From: Mobula hypostoma
Lineage: Eukaryota
Reading direction: 5' to 3'
Assembly (NCBI RefSeq): GCF_963921235.1
Contig: NC_086101.1
Span: forward strand, 6,202,001 to 6,266,000
Length of the DNA stretch: 64,000 bases
Shown: positions 38,343 through 51,090 of the stretch, piece by piece
Numbering within the stretch: position 1 is the stretch's first letter
Layout of the letters: each line of letters opens with the position of its first letter
Made by a program: the position numbers and the translations under genes
The notes under the pieces: generated by a model
What the model was told of the DNA's origin: nothing
What the model saw: the letters and a program-made list of their open reading frames with translations, nothing else
Databases searched by the model: none

Positions 38343-38576
38343 CATGAGAAATATCACATTTTCTTGCTGATCCATCTGTTTCTGTAACTTGGAGATTTCC
38401 TGCTGGATAGAATCTAAATTCTCTTGAATCTCTCGAAGATTGTTCTCCAATGGATTTAGAATCCTCTCCTCTTCTTCCCTGAGATCTCGGAGTGTGTGCT
38501 GCTCTTTCTCGGTGATAATCCGGCGCAGTTCAGCAAACTGGGATGTGATGTGGGACTGAACGCTTCGTGACTGTTC
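38343..38576 (-). CDS. TRIM gene exon 3 (234 nt, coiled coil)
   Basis: cag|GAACAG..CTCATG|gtgag; encodes EQSRSVQSHITSQFAELRRIITEKEQ..QENVIFLM with no stop; missing from the ORF track. Confidence 0.9.
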
Positions 38577-38924
38577 CTGTCAAATGAAAGGAGAGGCTAG
38601 TTTATTATTTGGCCGTAAAGTATTTCCTCCTGACATGGAAAGTGGCCATTCAGTCCATTAAATTATATGTGGGTTCACAGAGCTTCAATCCCACTCCCTC
38701 ACTTTCCCGGAAACCGATTGTTCCACACTGACCCATTCATTTACACTTGATTCACAGACCACCCACACAGGGTTAATTAAAGGAGCGAATTAAACATTAA
38801 ACCAGGATTTCTTGGCAATGTCGGCCCATCGAGGTCACAAGGAGTACATGCAAACTCCCCACAGACAGCACAGAACTGTTTGTTCTTCTGCCATGTGCAC
38901 CTGAACTCGAGGGGGAGCAATATC

Positions 38925-41900
38925 CTTGCAGGTAGGTTTGCTAGCATGGTTCGGAAGGGTTTAAACTAATTTGCGAGGGGGATGGGACCCAGAGCAATAG
39001 AGCAGTGAAAGAAGTGCATGGAGTAAAGCCAGATCTAACATACAGAGAGGCTTTGAGGAAAGAGAAACAGAATAAATGGTGTAAAGACAGTAAGGTAGAA
39101 GGGCTGAAATGTGTGTACTTCAATGCAAGAAGCATCAGGAACAAAGGTGATGAACTGAGAGCTTGGATACATACATGGAATTATGATGTAGTGGCCATTA
39201 CAGAGACTTGGCTGGCACCAGGGCAGGAATGGATTCTCAATATTCCTGGATTTCAGTGCTTTAAAAGGGATAGAGAGGGCAGAAAAAGGGGTGGAGGGGT
39301 GGCATTACTGGTCAGGGATACTATTACAGCTACAGAAAGGGTGGGTAATGTAGCAGGATCCTCTTTTGAGTCAATATGGGTGGAAGTCAGGAACAGGAAG
39401 GGAGCAGTTACTCTACTGGGGGTATTCAATAGGTCCCATGGTAGCAGCAGAGATACAGAGGAGCAGATTGGGAGGCAGATTTTGGAAAGGTGCAAAAATA
39501 ACAGGGTTGTTATCATGGGTGACTTTAACTTCCCTAATATTGATTGGCACCTGATTATTTCCAAGGGTTTAGATGGGGCAGAATTTGTTAAGTGTGTCCA
39601 GGATGGATTCCTGTCACAGTATGTGGACTGGCCGACCACGGAGGATGCCATACTAGATCTAGTACTAGGTAATGAACCGGGTCAGGTCACAGATCTCTCA
39701 GTGGGTGAGCATCTGGGGGACAGTGACCACCGCTCCCTGGCCTTTATAATTATCATGGAGAAGGATAGAATCAAAGAGGACAGGAAAATTTTTAATTGGG
39801 GAAAGGCAAATTATGAGGCTATAAGGCTAGATCTTGCGGTTGTGAATTGGGATGATGTTTTTGCAGGGAAATGTACTATGGACATGTGGTCAATGTTTAG
39901 AGTTCACTTGCGGGATGTAAGGGATAAATCTGTCCAGTGAGGAAGATAAAGAATGGTAGGGTGAAGGAAACATGGGTGACAAGTGAGGTGGAAAATCTAG
40001 TCAGGAGGAAGAAGGTAGCATACATGAGGTTTAGGAAGCAAGGATTAGGTGGGTCTATTGAGGAATATAGGGAAGCAAGAAAGGAGCTTAAGAAGGGGCT
40101 GAGAAGAGCAAGAAGGGGGCATGAGAAGGCCTTGGCGAGTCGGGTAAAGGAAAACCCCAAGGCATTCTTCAATTATGTGAAGAAAAAAAGGATGATGGGA
40201 GTGAAGGTAGGACTGATTAGAGATAAAGGTGGGAAGATGTGCCTGGAGGCTGTGGAAGTGAGCGAGGTCCTCAATGAATACTTCTCTTTGGTATTCACCA
40301 ATGAGAGGGAACTTGATGACGGTGAGGACAATATGAGTGAGGTAGATGTTCTGGAGCATGCTGATCTTATGGAGAGGAGGTGTTGGAGTTGTTAAATTAC
40401 ATTAGGACAGATAAGTCCCCGGGGCCTGACGGAATATTCCCCAGGCTGCTCCACGAGGCGAGAGAAGAGATTGCTGAGCCTCTGGCTAGGATCTTTATGT
40501 CCTCGTTGTCCACGGGAATGGTACCGGAGGATTGGAGGGAGGCGAATGTTGTTCCCTTGTTCAAAAAAGGTAGTAGGGATAGTCCGGGTAATTATAGACC
40601 AGTGAGCCTTACGTCTGTGGTGGGAAAGCTGTTGGAAAAGATTCTTAGAGATAGGATCTATAGGCATTTAGAGAATCATGGTCTGATCAGGGACAGTCAG
40701 CATGGCTTTGTGAAGGGCAGATCGTGTCTAACAAGCCTGATAGAGTTCTTTGAGGAGGTGACCAGGCATATAGATGAGGGTAGTGCAGTGGATGTGATCT
40801 ATATAGATTTTTGTAAGGCATTTGACAAGGTTCCACACGGTAGGCTTATTCAGAAAGTTAGAAGGCATGGGATCCAGGGAAGTTTAGCCAGGTGGTTTCA
40901 GAATTGGCTTGCCTGCAGAAGGCAGAGGGTGGTGGTGGAGGGAGTACATTCAGATTGGAGGATTGTGACTAGTGGTGTCCCACAAGGATCTGTTCTGGGA
41001 CCTCTACTTTTCGTGATTTTTATTAACGACCTGGATGTGGGGGTAGAAGGGTGGGTTGGCAAGTTTGCAGATGACATAAAGGTTGGTGGTGTTGTAGATA
41101 ATGTAAAGGATTGTTAAAGATTGCAGAGAGACATTGATAGGATGCAGATGTGGGCTGAGAAGTGGCAGATGGAGTTCAACCCGGAGAAGTGTGAGGTGGT
41201 ACACTTTGGAAGGACAAACTCTGACGCAAAGTACAAAGTAAATGGTAGGATACTTGGTAGTGTGGAGGAGCAGAGGGATCTCGGGGTACATGTCCACAGG
41301 TCCCTGAAAGTTGCCTCACAGGTGGATAGGGTAGTTAAGAAAGCTTATGGGGTGTTAGCTATCACAAGTCGAGGGATAGAGTTTAAGAGTCGCGATGTAA
41401 TGATGCAGCTCTATAAAACTCTGGTTAGGCCACACTTAGAGTATTGTGTCCAGTTCTGGTCACCTCACTATAGGAAGGATGTGGAAGCATTGGAAAGGGT
41501 ACAGAGGAGATTTACCAGGATGCTGCCTGGTTTAGAAAGTATGCATTATGATCAGAGATGAAGGGAGCTAGGGCTTTACTCTTTGGAGAGAAGGAGGATG
41601 AGAGGAGACATGATAGAGGTGTACAAGATAATAAGAGGAATAGATAGAGTGGATAGCCAGCGCCTCTTCCCCAGGGCACCACTGCTCAATACAAGAGGAC
41701 ACGGCTTTAAGGTAAGGGGTGGGAGGTTCAAGGGGGATATTAGAGGAAGGTTTTTTACTCAGAGAGTGGTTGGTGCGTGGAATGCACTGCCTGAGTCAGT
41801 GGTGGAGGCAGATACACTAGTGAAGTTTAAGAGACTACTAGACAGGTATATGGAGGAATCTCAGGTGGGGGCTTATATGGGAGGCAGGGTTTGAAGGTCA

Positions 41901-41957
41901 GCACAACATTGTGGGCCGAAGGGCCTGTACTGTGCTGTACTATTCTATATTCCATGT
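38925..41957 (+). mobile_element. CR1 LINE (second family), near-complete ORF2 with frameshifts and stops, antisense in TRIM intron 2
   Basis: ORF pieces 39005..41894 with APE and RT motifs; GGGCCGAAGGGCCTGT hairpin and TTCTAT tail. Confidence 0.92.
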
Positions 41958-42272
41958 TAAACGTTACAGGAGCATCAAACCTAAAACCACAAGGCTACTA
42001 AACAGCTTCCTCCCACAGGCAGTCAGACTGCTAAATAGCTGCTCCACCTGACTCTGCTTTGGACACTTTTAACTTGCACTGGACATTTATAACTGATTTT
42101 AACTGACATGTGGCTGTTGTGTTTTACTATTTATTGTTATATTTATTATTTAGTGTTGCGTCTGTTATGTTATGATTGCACTGCCCCTGAGAAACGCTCT
42201 CTCATTCTGCCCTGCAGAGCTGATGTATGGTTAGAATGACAATAAAGTTTTTTGAATCTTTTGAATCTTTGA
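41958..42272 (+). mobile_element. Rex1/Babar-type 3' end (same family as 3694-5019)
   Basis: Reverse-complement match to 3694-4000, with AATAAA and TTTGAATC tail. Confidence 0.8.
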
Positions 42273-42370
42273 AAAAAAGGCCAGGATCGAAAATAATCAC
42301 CAAATCTGATATTCTGCAGTAAAGGGAACAAAACTACACAACATCGGAAATTCTCCCCAAGAAGCCTCAC

Positions 42371-42466
42371 CCGAACTCCGGAAATCTTCTCTTTCTGTTG
42401 CCGCTCTATTTCCTCCAGCTCGGATTTCTTTTCTGTGAGAGATTCTACCGCAGATTTAACCCGGTC
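42371..42466 (-). CDS. TRIM gene exon 2 (96 nt, coiled coil)
   Basis: cag|GACCGG..GTTCGG|gtgag; encodes DRVKSAVESLTEKKSELEEIERQQKEKISGVR. Confidence 0.9.
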
Positions 42467-42604
42467 CTGGGAAGCAGAGAGTGAAGGAATTAGACAATAA
42501 AGATGCAGTAACGATTCGGGCCAGTTTATTGTCATATACAACAGGGGTTAGAAAATAAATATGCAACGAAAAAACATCAGGTGATCAAAATCGATTTGTT
42601 TTAC

Positions 42605-43015
42605 CCTATAGACATCAGCAGCTTCTTTAATCGTCTGGAAGCGGTGCTCTCTGTGTTCCTGGGAAGCTACACAGATCACACAGATCAGTTTCTTGTCGTT
42701 TTCACAAAACAGCTTCAGTTCTTCCTCGTGTTCCTTGCAGTGAAGTTTACTTTCCTTCTCTTTCGGATTCAAGTTTAGTTTTCGAGCTTTCTCAGACAGA
42801 TTTGCTAAGGCCCGATTGACTTTCAGGGTGCGGTTCCCAGACTCCTCTCTACATTCCGGGCAGGAGTTTCTCTCCTCCCTTTCCCAACACCGTGTGATGC
42901 AGGAGCGGCAGAAGTTATGTCCACAGTCCAGTATAACCGGATCGGTGAAGAAATCCAGGCAGATGGGACAAATTACCTCGTCAGTCCAACTTTCCACTTG
43001 TCCTTTCGAAGCCAT
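42605..43015 (-). CDS. TRIM gene exon 1 (RING + B-box); product resembles TRIM39/A33/nuclear factor 7-type E3 ligases
   Basis: C3HC4 RING CPIC..CGHNFCRSC..CPEC; B-box CKEH..C..C-x-x-C..H-x-x-H; 411 nt ending TATAGG|gtaaa; AAAATGG start context. Confidence 0.95.
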
Positions 43016-43028
43016 TTTAACTCCCGCT

Positions 43029-43100
43029 ACTTCCTGGTTCAGGATCCTTCCGTGGAGCCGCTGAACGCCTGCAGTACCGCGATTGTCCTCTAGGGGCGCT
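43029..43100. promoter_or_regulatory. Candidate TRIM proximal elements: ETS-like CAGGAAGT and CTCF-like CCTCTAGGGGCGCT
   Basis: Motifs at 43029-43036 and 43087-43100 in a CpG-richer patch upstream of the ATG; motif match only. Confidence 0.35.
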
Positions 43101-44590
43101 GAAGTGTCTGAGAATGATCGTTCTGTTCCTACAAGTGTTCAAAGGGGCCGTTTCCACAACAAGGTGGGATCAGGAGCACATTAAACAGGTGGGAACATAA
43201 CTAACGCCTCAGCCGTGGACAGTCCCATGCCCGGCTGCGAAAAGAGGAGTATTGGGCATGGGTTTATCTACCCGTCCCGGAAAACTCCAGTGTGACAGAT
43301 ACGTCAACTAAATCCCCAAAGGCCGTACCCATGGGATAGGAAGGACCTTCGCCTGGAAGATGATTGGTCGCCTGGTGTAAGGAGGAGCCAGAGGGCCGAT
43401 CGGCGTTCGGCCCAGGAAGGAGGCCTCGGGCGAGCTGCTATCAATTTTCTATTGAATGGATGTTATATGTCACAGGGCGGAAAGCATTCGGTTTTTCAGT
43501 GAAGGTCTGATTTCCACTGCCGTTCATATGAAGAGGCTTCCTCACTTCACTGTCCGTCCCGGCTCCAATGGCAGGTCCGGTCTCCCTCACTCTGGACACA
43601 CCCAACGAGCTGATTTTTCAAAATCATAACAGACTTTATTTACCATTAAAATAGTCGCAAATATAAACTGTGTAATGCCTTTACCCAATTAATTTACGTT
43701 CAAAGTCAATGCGGTACATAGTGTTCTTTTACATTCATTGAAACTGATCGGACAGTTGCCGCTCATGTGGCCCCCGGGGTGTTTCACTACTACAATAATA
43801 GAGAGACTTCCTCACCGAACCCGGCCTCTTCCTGTCCAGTAGCAGAGGAACTCTATACCTTCAATGCGTCCCATCAGCACGTACTCTGCAGCCTGGAAGG
43901 TGTCAGTCGTTCCACTCCTCTGCCGCAGTGGGTCCCATCCTTTCATAAACCATGGCATCGGGGCGTTTTGTCTGCTGCTGCCTCCTAAACCCGTCACCCG
44001 CTGCTGGGTGACGGAAGCAGCACCGCAGAGGCTGAAGGCCAGGGGAGAAGGCGGCGCAAGGTCGGACATGGTCACCTGTGCCGTCCAGTGACAGTGGAAG
44101 CAAAGGCTGCAAATCACGGAAAGCAAGGGAGGATGAAGTCCTCATGATTGTCACTACTTCCCGGCTGGATTTTCCATTCCCAGGCTTTTTCCATACCAGG
44201 CCATGATATAACCACGCAGTATACTCTCCACCACACATCTGAGGAAGTTTGAGGTTTTAGATGTCTTGCGGAATCTTCACAAACTCTTGAGGAAGTAGAG
44301 TTACAGCCATGCTTTCATCGCAATCGCACTGGTGTCCCAGGCCCCGGACTGATGCTCTGAAATGATAACACGGAGGAATTTAAGGTTGCCGACCCTCTCC
44401 ACCTCTGATCCCCCGAGGCGGACTGGCTCATGAACCTCCTGAAGTCACTGATCAGTTCCTTGCTCTTGCTGACATTGAATGAGAGGTTGTTATTGTGACA
44501 AGGCTCAGCCAGATTTTCACCCTCCCTCCTGTATGCAGATTCGTCATCACCTTTAATGCGGCCAACAGCAGTGGTATCGTCAACAAATGT

Positions 44591-47231
44591 GGAATCGATA
44601 TGGGTAGAGCTGCGTAACACTAAGGGGCAGAAGACGCTGCTGGGAGTTGTGTACAGGCCACCTAACAGTAGTAGTGAGGTCGGAGATGGTATTAAACAGG
44701 AAATTAGAAATGTGTGCAATAAAGGAACAGCAGTTATAATGGGTGACTTCAATCTACATGTAGACTGGGTGAACCAAATTGGTAAAGGTGCTGAGGAAGA
44801 GGATTTCTTGGAATGTATGCGGGATGGTTTTTTGAACCAACATGTCGAGGAACCGACTAGAGAGCAGGCTATTCTGGACTGGGTTTTGAGCAATGAGGAA
44901 GGGTTAATTAGCGATCTTGTCGTGAGAGGCCCCTTGGGTAAGAGTGACCGTAATATGGTGGAATTCTTCATTAACATGGAGAGTGACGTAGTTAATTCAG
45001 AAACAAAGGTTCTGAACTTAAAGAGGGGTAACTTTGAAGGTATGAGACATGAATTAGCTAAGATAGACTGGCAAATGACACTTCAAGGATTGACGGTGGA
45101 TATGCAATGGCAGGCATTTAAAGGTTGCATGGATGAACTACAACAATTGTTCATCCCAGTTTGGCAAAAGAATAAATCAAGGAAGGTAGTGCACCCGTGG
45201 CTGACAAGAGAAATTAGGGATAGTATCAATTCCAAAGAAGTAGCATACAAATTAGCCAGAGAAAGTGGCTCACCTGAGGACTGGGAGAAATTCAGAGTTC
45301 AGCAGAGGAGGACAAAGGGCTTAATTAGGAAGGGGAAAAAAGATTATGAGAGAAAACTAGCAGAGAACATAAAAACGGACTGTAAAAGCTTTTATAGATA
45401 TGTAAAAAGGAAAAGACTGATAAAGACAAATGTAGGTCCCCTGCAAACAGAAACAGGTGAATTGATTATGGGGAGCAAGGACATGGCAGACCAATTGAAT
45501 AATTACGTTGGTTCTGTCTTCACTAAGGAGGACATAAATAATCTTCCAGAAATAGTAAGGGACAGAGGGTCCAGTGAGATGGAGGAACTGAGCGAAATAC
45601 ATGTTAGTAGGGAAGTGGTGTTAGGTAAATTGAAGGGATTGAAGGCAGATAAATCCCCAGGGCCAGATGGTCTGCATCCCAGAGTGCTTAAGGAAGTGGC
45701 CCAAGAAATAGTGGATGCATTAGTGATAATTTTTCAAAACTCGTTAGATTCTGGACTAGTTCCTGAGGATTGGAGGGTGGCTAATGTAACCCCACTTTTT
45801 AAAAAAGGAGGGAGAGAGAAACCGGGGAATTATAGGCCGGTTAGCCTAACGTCGGTGGTGGGGAAACTGCTGGAGTCAGTTATCAAGGATGTGATAACAG
45901 CACATTTGGAAAGCGGTGAAATGATCGGACAAAGTCAGCATGGATTTGTGAAAGGAAAATCATGTCTGACGAATCTCATAGAATTTTTTGAGGATGTAAC
46001 TAGTAGAGTGGATAGGGGAGAACCAGTGGATGTGGTATATTTGGATTTTCAAAAGGCTTTTGACAAGGTCCCACACAGGAGATTAGTGTGCAAACTTAAA
46101 GCACATGGTATTGGGGGTAAGGTATTGGTGTGGGTGGAGAATTGGTTAGCAGACAGGAAGCAAAGAGTGGGAATAAACGGGACCTTTTCAGAATGGCAGG
46201 CGGTGACTAGTGGGGTACCGCAAGGCTCAGTGCTGGGACCCCAGTTGTTTACAATATATATTAATGACTTGGATGAGGGAATTAAATGCAGCATCTCCAA
46301 GTTTGCGGATGACACGAAGCTGGGTGGCAGTGTTAGCAGTGAGGAGGATGCTAAGAGGATGCAGGGTGACTTGGATAGGTTGGGTGAGTGGGCAAACTCA
46401 TGGCAGATGCAATTTAATGTGGATAAATGTGAAGTTATCCACTTTGGTGGCAAAAATAGGAAAACAGATTATTATCTGAATGGTGGCCGATTAGGAAAAG
46501 GGGATGTGCAACGAGACCTGGGTGTCATTATACACCAGTCATTGAAAGTGGGCATGCAGGTACAGCAGGCGGTGAAAAAGGCGAACGGTATGCTGGCATT
46601 TATAGCGAGAGGATTCGAGTACAGGAGCAGGGAGGTACTACTGCAGTTGTACAAGGCCTTGGTGAGACCACACCTGGAGTATTGTGTGCAGTTTTGGTCC
46701 CCTAATCTGAGGAAAGACATCCTTGCCATAGAGGGAGTACAAAGAAGGTTCACCAGATTGATTCTTGGGATGGCAGGTCTTTCATATGAAGAAAGACTGG
46801 ATGAACTGGGCTTGTACTCGTTGGAATTTAGAAGATTGAGGGGGGATCTGATTGAAACGTATAAGATCCTAAAGGGATTGGACAGGCTAGATGCGGGAAG
46901 ATTGTTCCCGATGTTGGGGAGGTCTAGAACGAGGGGTCACAGTTTGAGGATAGAGGGGAAGCCTTTTAGGACCGAGGTTAGGAAAAACTTCTTCACACAG
47001 AGAGTGGTGAATCTGTGGAATTCTCTGCCACAGCAAACTGTTGAGGCCAGTTCATTAGCTATGTTTAAAAGGAAGTTAGATATGGCCCTTGTGGCTACAG
47101 GGGTCAGGGGGTATGGAGGGAAGGCTGGGTTCTGAGTTGGATGATCAGCCATGATCATAATAAATGGCGGTGCAGGCTCGAAGGGCCGAATGGCCTACTC
47201 CTGCACCTATTTTCTATGTTTCTATGTTTCT
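44591..47231 (+). mobile_element. Young CR1 LINE, 5'-truncated within the endonuclease, reading frame intact to the stop, inserted in an older minus-strand Rex1/L2 fragment (44165-47380)
   Basis: 859-aa ORF nearly identical to 12513-15132; AAATGT duplication at 44585-44590 / 47232-47237; TTTCTATG tail. Confidence 0.95.
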
Positions 47232-48440
47232 AAATGTAAACACGGCATTGGAGCTGTGCTGATCCTCACAGTCACAGGTATCCAAAGAGTAGAGTGGAGG
47301 GGTGGGGAGATAGGCACACTGCCCTGGGGTGACCTGTGCTGATGGAGACTGTGGAGATGTTGCTGCCAATCTGAGATGACTGGGTGGAGGTTTGGATGCG
47401 GAGCGGAGTCAGTGGAAATGGCATCAGCACAGTGAAGGGGAGTTTGTCAGGTGAGGGGCTGAACTGCCTCCCCTTGATTCGATTCTCCATGTTCTTCAGA
47501 GCCGTGGATCGACTGAACTGAGGGAGCGTAGAAGGTGCTAGCGAATAAATAGAGGTGTAGACTAGGAGGGTGAAAATATGGGGAAGTATAAATAAATGGT
47601 CAGCACAGAGATGTTGGGCTGAAGGGACTGTTCCTGCTCCTATTGCTTTATGTTCTGTCCTGTGGTGAAATATAAACAACTTTCTCAGTGAGATGGGGAC
47701 TTCGATGCAACATGATATGGCGAGGTGTCGAGTACACTGGGATTACTGACACAGCTGCATGAAAACTTCCTGACTTCACCCCGTGCAGACCTGTTGTGCT
47801 GTCAGGTCCTGCTCTGCCGAATTAGATGCAGAGAGACAGACAGTATGGACCGAGGCCCTTCGGCCCAACACGTCCCTGCAATCCGAGCTGTTTTCCTGAA
47901 CACATCCCATTTACCGACATTTTGCCCTCATCCCTCCAAACATCTCCTATCAAGCACATCAATATTATAATTTGGTGTCTTTAAAATGCTTTAATTAGAC
48001 CCACCTCCACCCTTCCCTCTGGCAGCTCATTCCACAAACTCACCACACTTTCCCCTCACCTGAAACCTCTTTCCACGGGGTTTAGACTCCGTGACCCTTG
48101 GAATAGGATTGTAACCATCCACCTTATCTGTGTATTTTGTAAACCTCAATAAGCTCAGCTCTCAGCCTCATTCGCTCCAGGGAAAACAGTCCAGGCTGAT
48201 CCAGTTTCTCCTCATCACTTCAGGAGTAGTTCTGACAACACCAGTCTGAAATATTTCTGCACCATTTCCAGCTTCATGTTATCCTTGCTATCACCAGGTA
48301 GCCAAAATTGTGTACAATACTCTGAGCATTTTCACCAATCTCTTGTACAGTTGTACCATCTCATGACAACTCTTGCACTTAACACTCTGATTGATGAAGA
48401 CAAGGGTATCAAACTCCTTCTTCACCACTTTGCCTCCCTA

Positions 48441-50141
48441 CAGCGGTGCTAACAAGTTTGTGAACCCTGTAGAATTTCTGCTTAAGTATGGGCTAAAGTG
48501 TGAGCAGATCATCACACAAGTCCTAAACTACATAAAGAGAACCCAATTAAATTAATAACACAAAAATTATACTTGTTCATTCATTTATTGAGAGAAATGA
48601 TCCAATATTAAATGTATTTGTTGGAAAAGGTACGCAAACCTTTGCTTTCAGTAACTGGTGTGACCCCCTTGTACAGTAATAACTTCAACCAAACATTTCT
48701 GCTAATTGTTGATCAGTCATGCACATCAGCTCGGAGGAATTTTAGGCCATTCCTCCTTGCAAAACTGCTCAACTCTGGGATGTTTGTGAGCTTCCTGGCA
48801 TGAACTGCTTACTTCAGGTCTTTCCACAACATTTCTCTTGGATTAAGGTCAGGACTTTGACTTGACCACTCCAAAACATGATTTTTCTTGTTAAACCATT
48901 CTGTTATTGATTTAGTCTTGTCTTTTGGTGATTGAATTGTTGCATTATCCAACTTCTATTAAGCTTCAGGTGACAGACTGCTACCCTGACATTCTCGTGT
49001 AAAATGTCTTGAATTCATTGTTCTCTTAATGATTGCAAGCTGAGTCATCAAAGCAGCCCCAAACCATGATGCTCCTTCCACCATGCTTCACTGTTGGTAT
49101 GAGGTTTTGGTGTTGCTGTGCAGTATCCTTTTCCCTCCAAACGTAGCAATGTGCTTTTCTCCCCAAAAGTGGTAAGTTTTTTACTCAGAGAGTGGTGAGT
49201 GCCTGGAATGGGCTGCCGGCAATGATGGTGGAGGTGGATACGCTAGGGTCTTTTAAGAGATAGGTACATGGAGCTTAGTAAAATAGAGGACTATGGGTAA
49301 ACCTAGTAATTTCTAAGGTAGGGACATGTGCCGCACAACTCTGTGGGCCGAAGGGCCTATATTGTGCTGTAGGATTTCTATGATTCTATGTTTTGCCTCA
49401 TCTGTACACAGAACATTGTCCCAGAAGCATTGTGGAACGTCCAGGTGGTCTTTGGCAGACTTCAGACATCCAGCAACTTCTTTTTCTGTGGACTTTCCTC
49501 TGTGGTGTCCTTCCATGAACACCAGGCTTGTTCAGTGTTTCTCTTACAGTGGACACATGAATAGAGTCTTTAGCAAGTTCCAGAGATTTCTGCAGGTCTT
49601 TTGCTGATACCGTACTGAGTTTCCTCCATTTCTAGACAAATTCTCTTACTGTGGACTGATGAACACTCAGGTCTTCAGAAATGCTTTTGTAGCCTTTTCC
49701 AGCTTCGTGCGTCTCTATATTCCTTCTTCTGAGGCCATCTCAGAGTTATTTTGATTAAGGCATGGTGTACATAAACAGATCATTCTTGAGAAGAGCAGGC
49801 TCTGTCAGTAACCTGACTTTGTGTGTCTTTTTTATAGGGCAGGGCAATTCTACAACCCACAGCTCATCTCATCTCATTGAATGGAACAACTGACTCCAAA
49901 TGGTTTTTGTAGAAGGCATTAGCCCAGAATGTCACATACTTTTTCCAACAAATACATGTAATGTTGGATCTTTTTTTCTCAATAAATAAATGAACAAGTA
50001 TCATGTTATTGTGTTATTTATTTAATTGGGCTCTCATTATCTAATTTTAGGACTTGCATGAAGAAATGATCACATTTTTGGTCATACGTATGCAGAAATA
50101 GAGACAATTCTACAAGGTTCACAAACTTTCTAGCAGCACTG
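48441..50141 (-). mobile_element. Degenerate Tc1 transposon with long TIRs; CR1 3' fragment inserted at ~49170-49390
   Basis: TA|CAG..GCTA..AAGTTTGTGAACC.TGTAGAA at both ends, inverted; transposase remnant AKDHLDVPQCFWDNVLCTDEAK. Confidence 0.88.
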
Positions 50142-50729
50142 TACATCTTCATTCCGGCAATAAAATACGTGTTTCCATCAGTATCTGTGTTCTTCAACTC
50201 TCCCCAGGGCCCTGCCATTCACTGGCTTAACTTCCCAAACTTGTCTGAGTTGAATTCCTTCTGTGGTTCCTTGTCCACTTTCCCAGTTGATCTAAACGTA
50301 ATTCTACATTCTGTTGTTACCATCTTCACTGCCCACCACACCTACAATGTTGGTGTCATCTGCAAGTTTACTGATCAGCTCACCCACATTCTCATCCAGA
50401 TCATTCGTTCTCTATGTATCAGAAGATAAAGGAAATAAGTTTAGGTGATTGATTATTTGATAATTAGATGAACACGATTACAGCAAGACTTCAATTCAAA
50501 TCCACCTCCACTTGCAGCTTGTTTTCATTTTGTCTGTGGAAAATGTTTCCTTTCAGCTCTTCTTAAATATTTTTCTGCTCTCACTTCACATCCACAAAAT
50601 TACTCACTATGGCACCAAACTCTCATGCAAATTATTAATATAAATGACAAATAATGGGGACCCAGTATCGATCCCCGTAGCACACCACTTATCACAGGCC
50701 TCCACGTTATGTCTCTCCCGCTCGCTGGA

Positions 50730-51090
50730 AAATGGAGTCACCTCTTTCTTCCTTATTAGGGAGGGAGAGAGCCTGCAGAATGTTGAATTACCGGCTGAAC
50801 AATATAGTCTTTGTGGGTCACTGCAGGTCTGTGTGTTTGCTATTGCCTTGATCACGCTTAAGTGCGGGTAGCGGGTGCGTTTTTTTGCCGGTGGGGGGAG
50901 GGGGGATTGTTGCTCACTGCCGCTTACGCGAGGGAGGGAGGGAGTTGGGGGATTTGGGGGTTCTAACATTTAACCCCTTCACTCTTGGAGCACTCCTCTG
51001 TTTTCGTGGATGGTTACAAAGGAAAAGCATTTCAGGTTGTGTATTGTATGCATTTCTCCGACATTAAACGTAACTTTGAACCTTTGAAAC
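50730..51090 (+). repeat. Unclassified SINE-like retroposon with TTTGAA-repeat tail
   Basis: Ends ATTAAA..TTTGAACCTTTGAA, similar to the Rex1-type tails; interrupts an old CR1 fragment. Confidence 0.35.
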
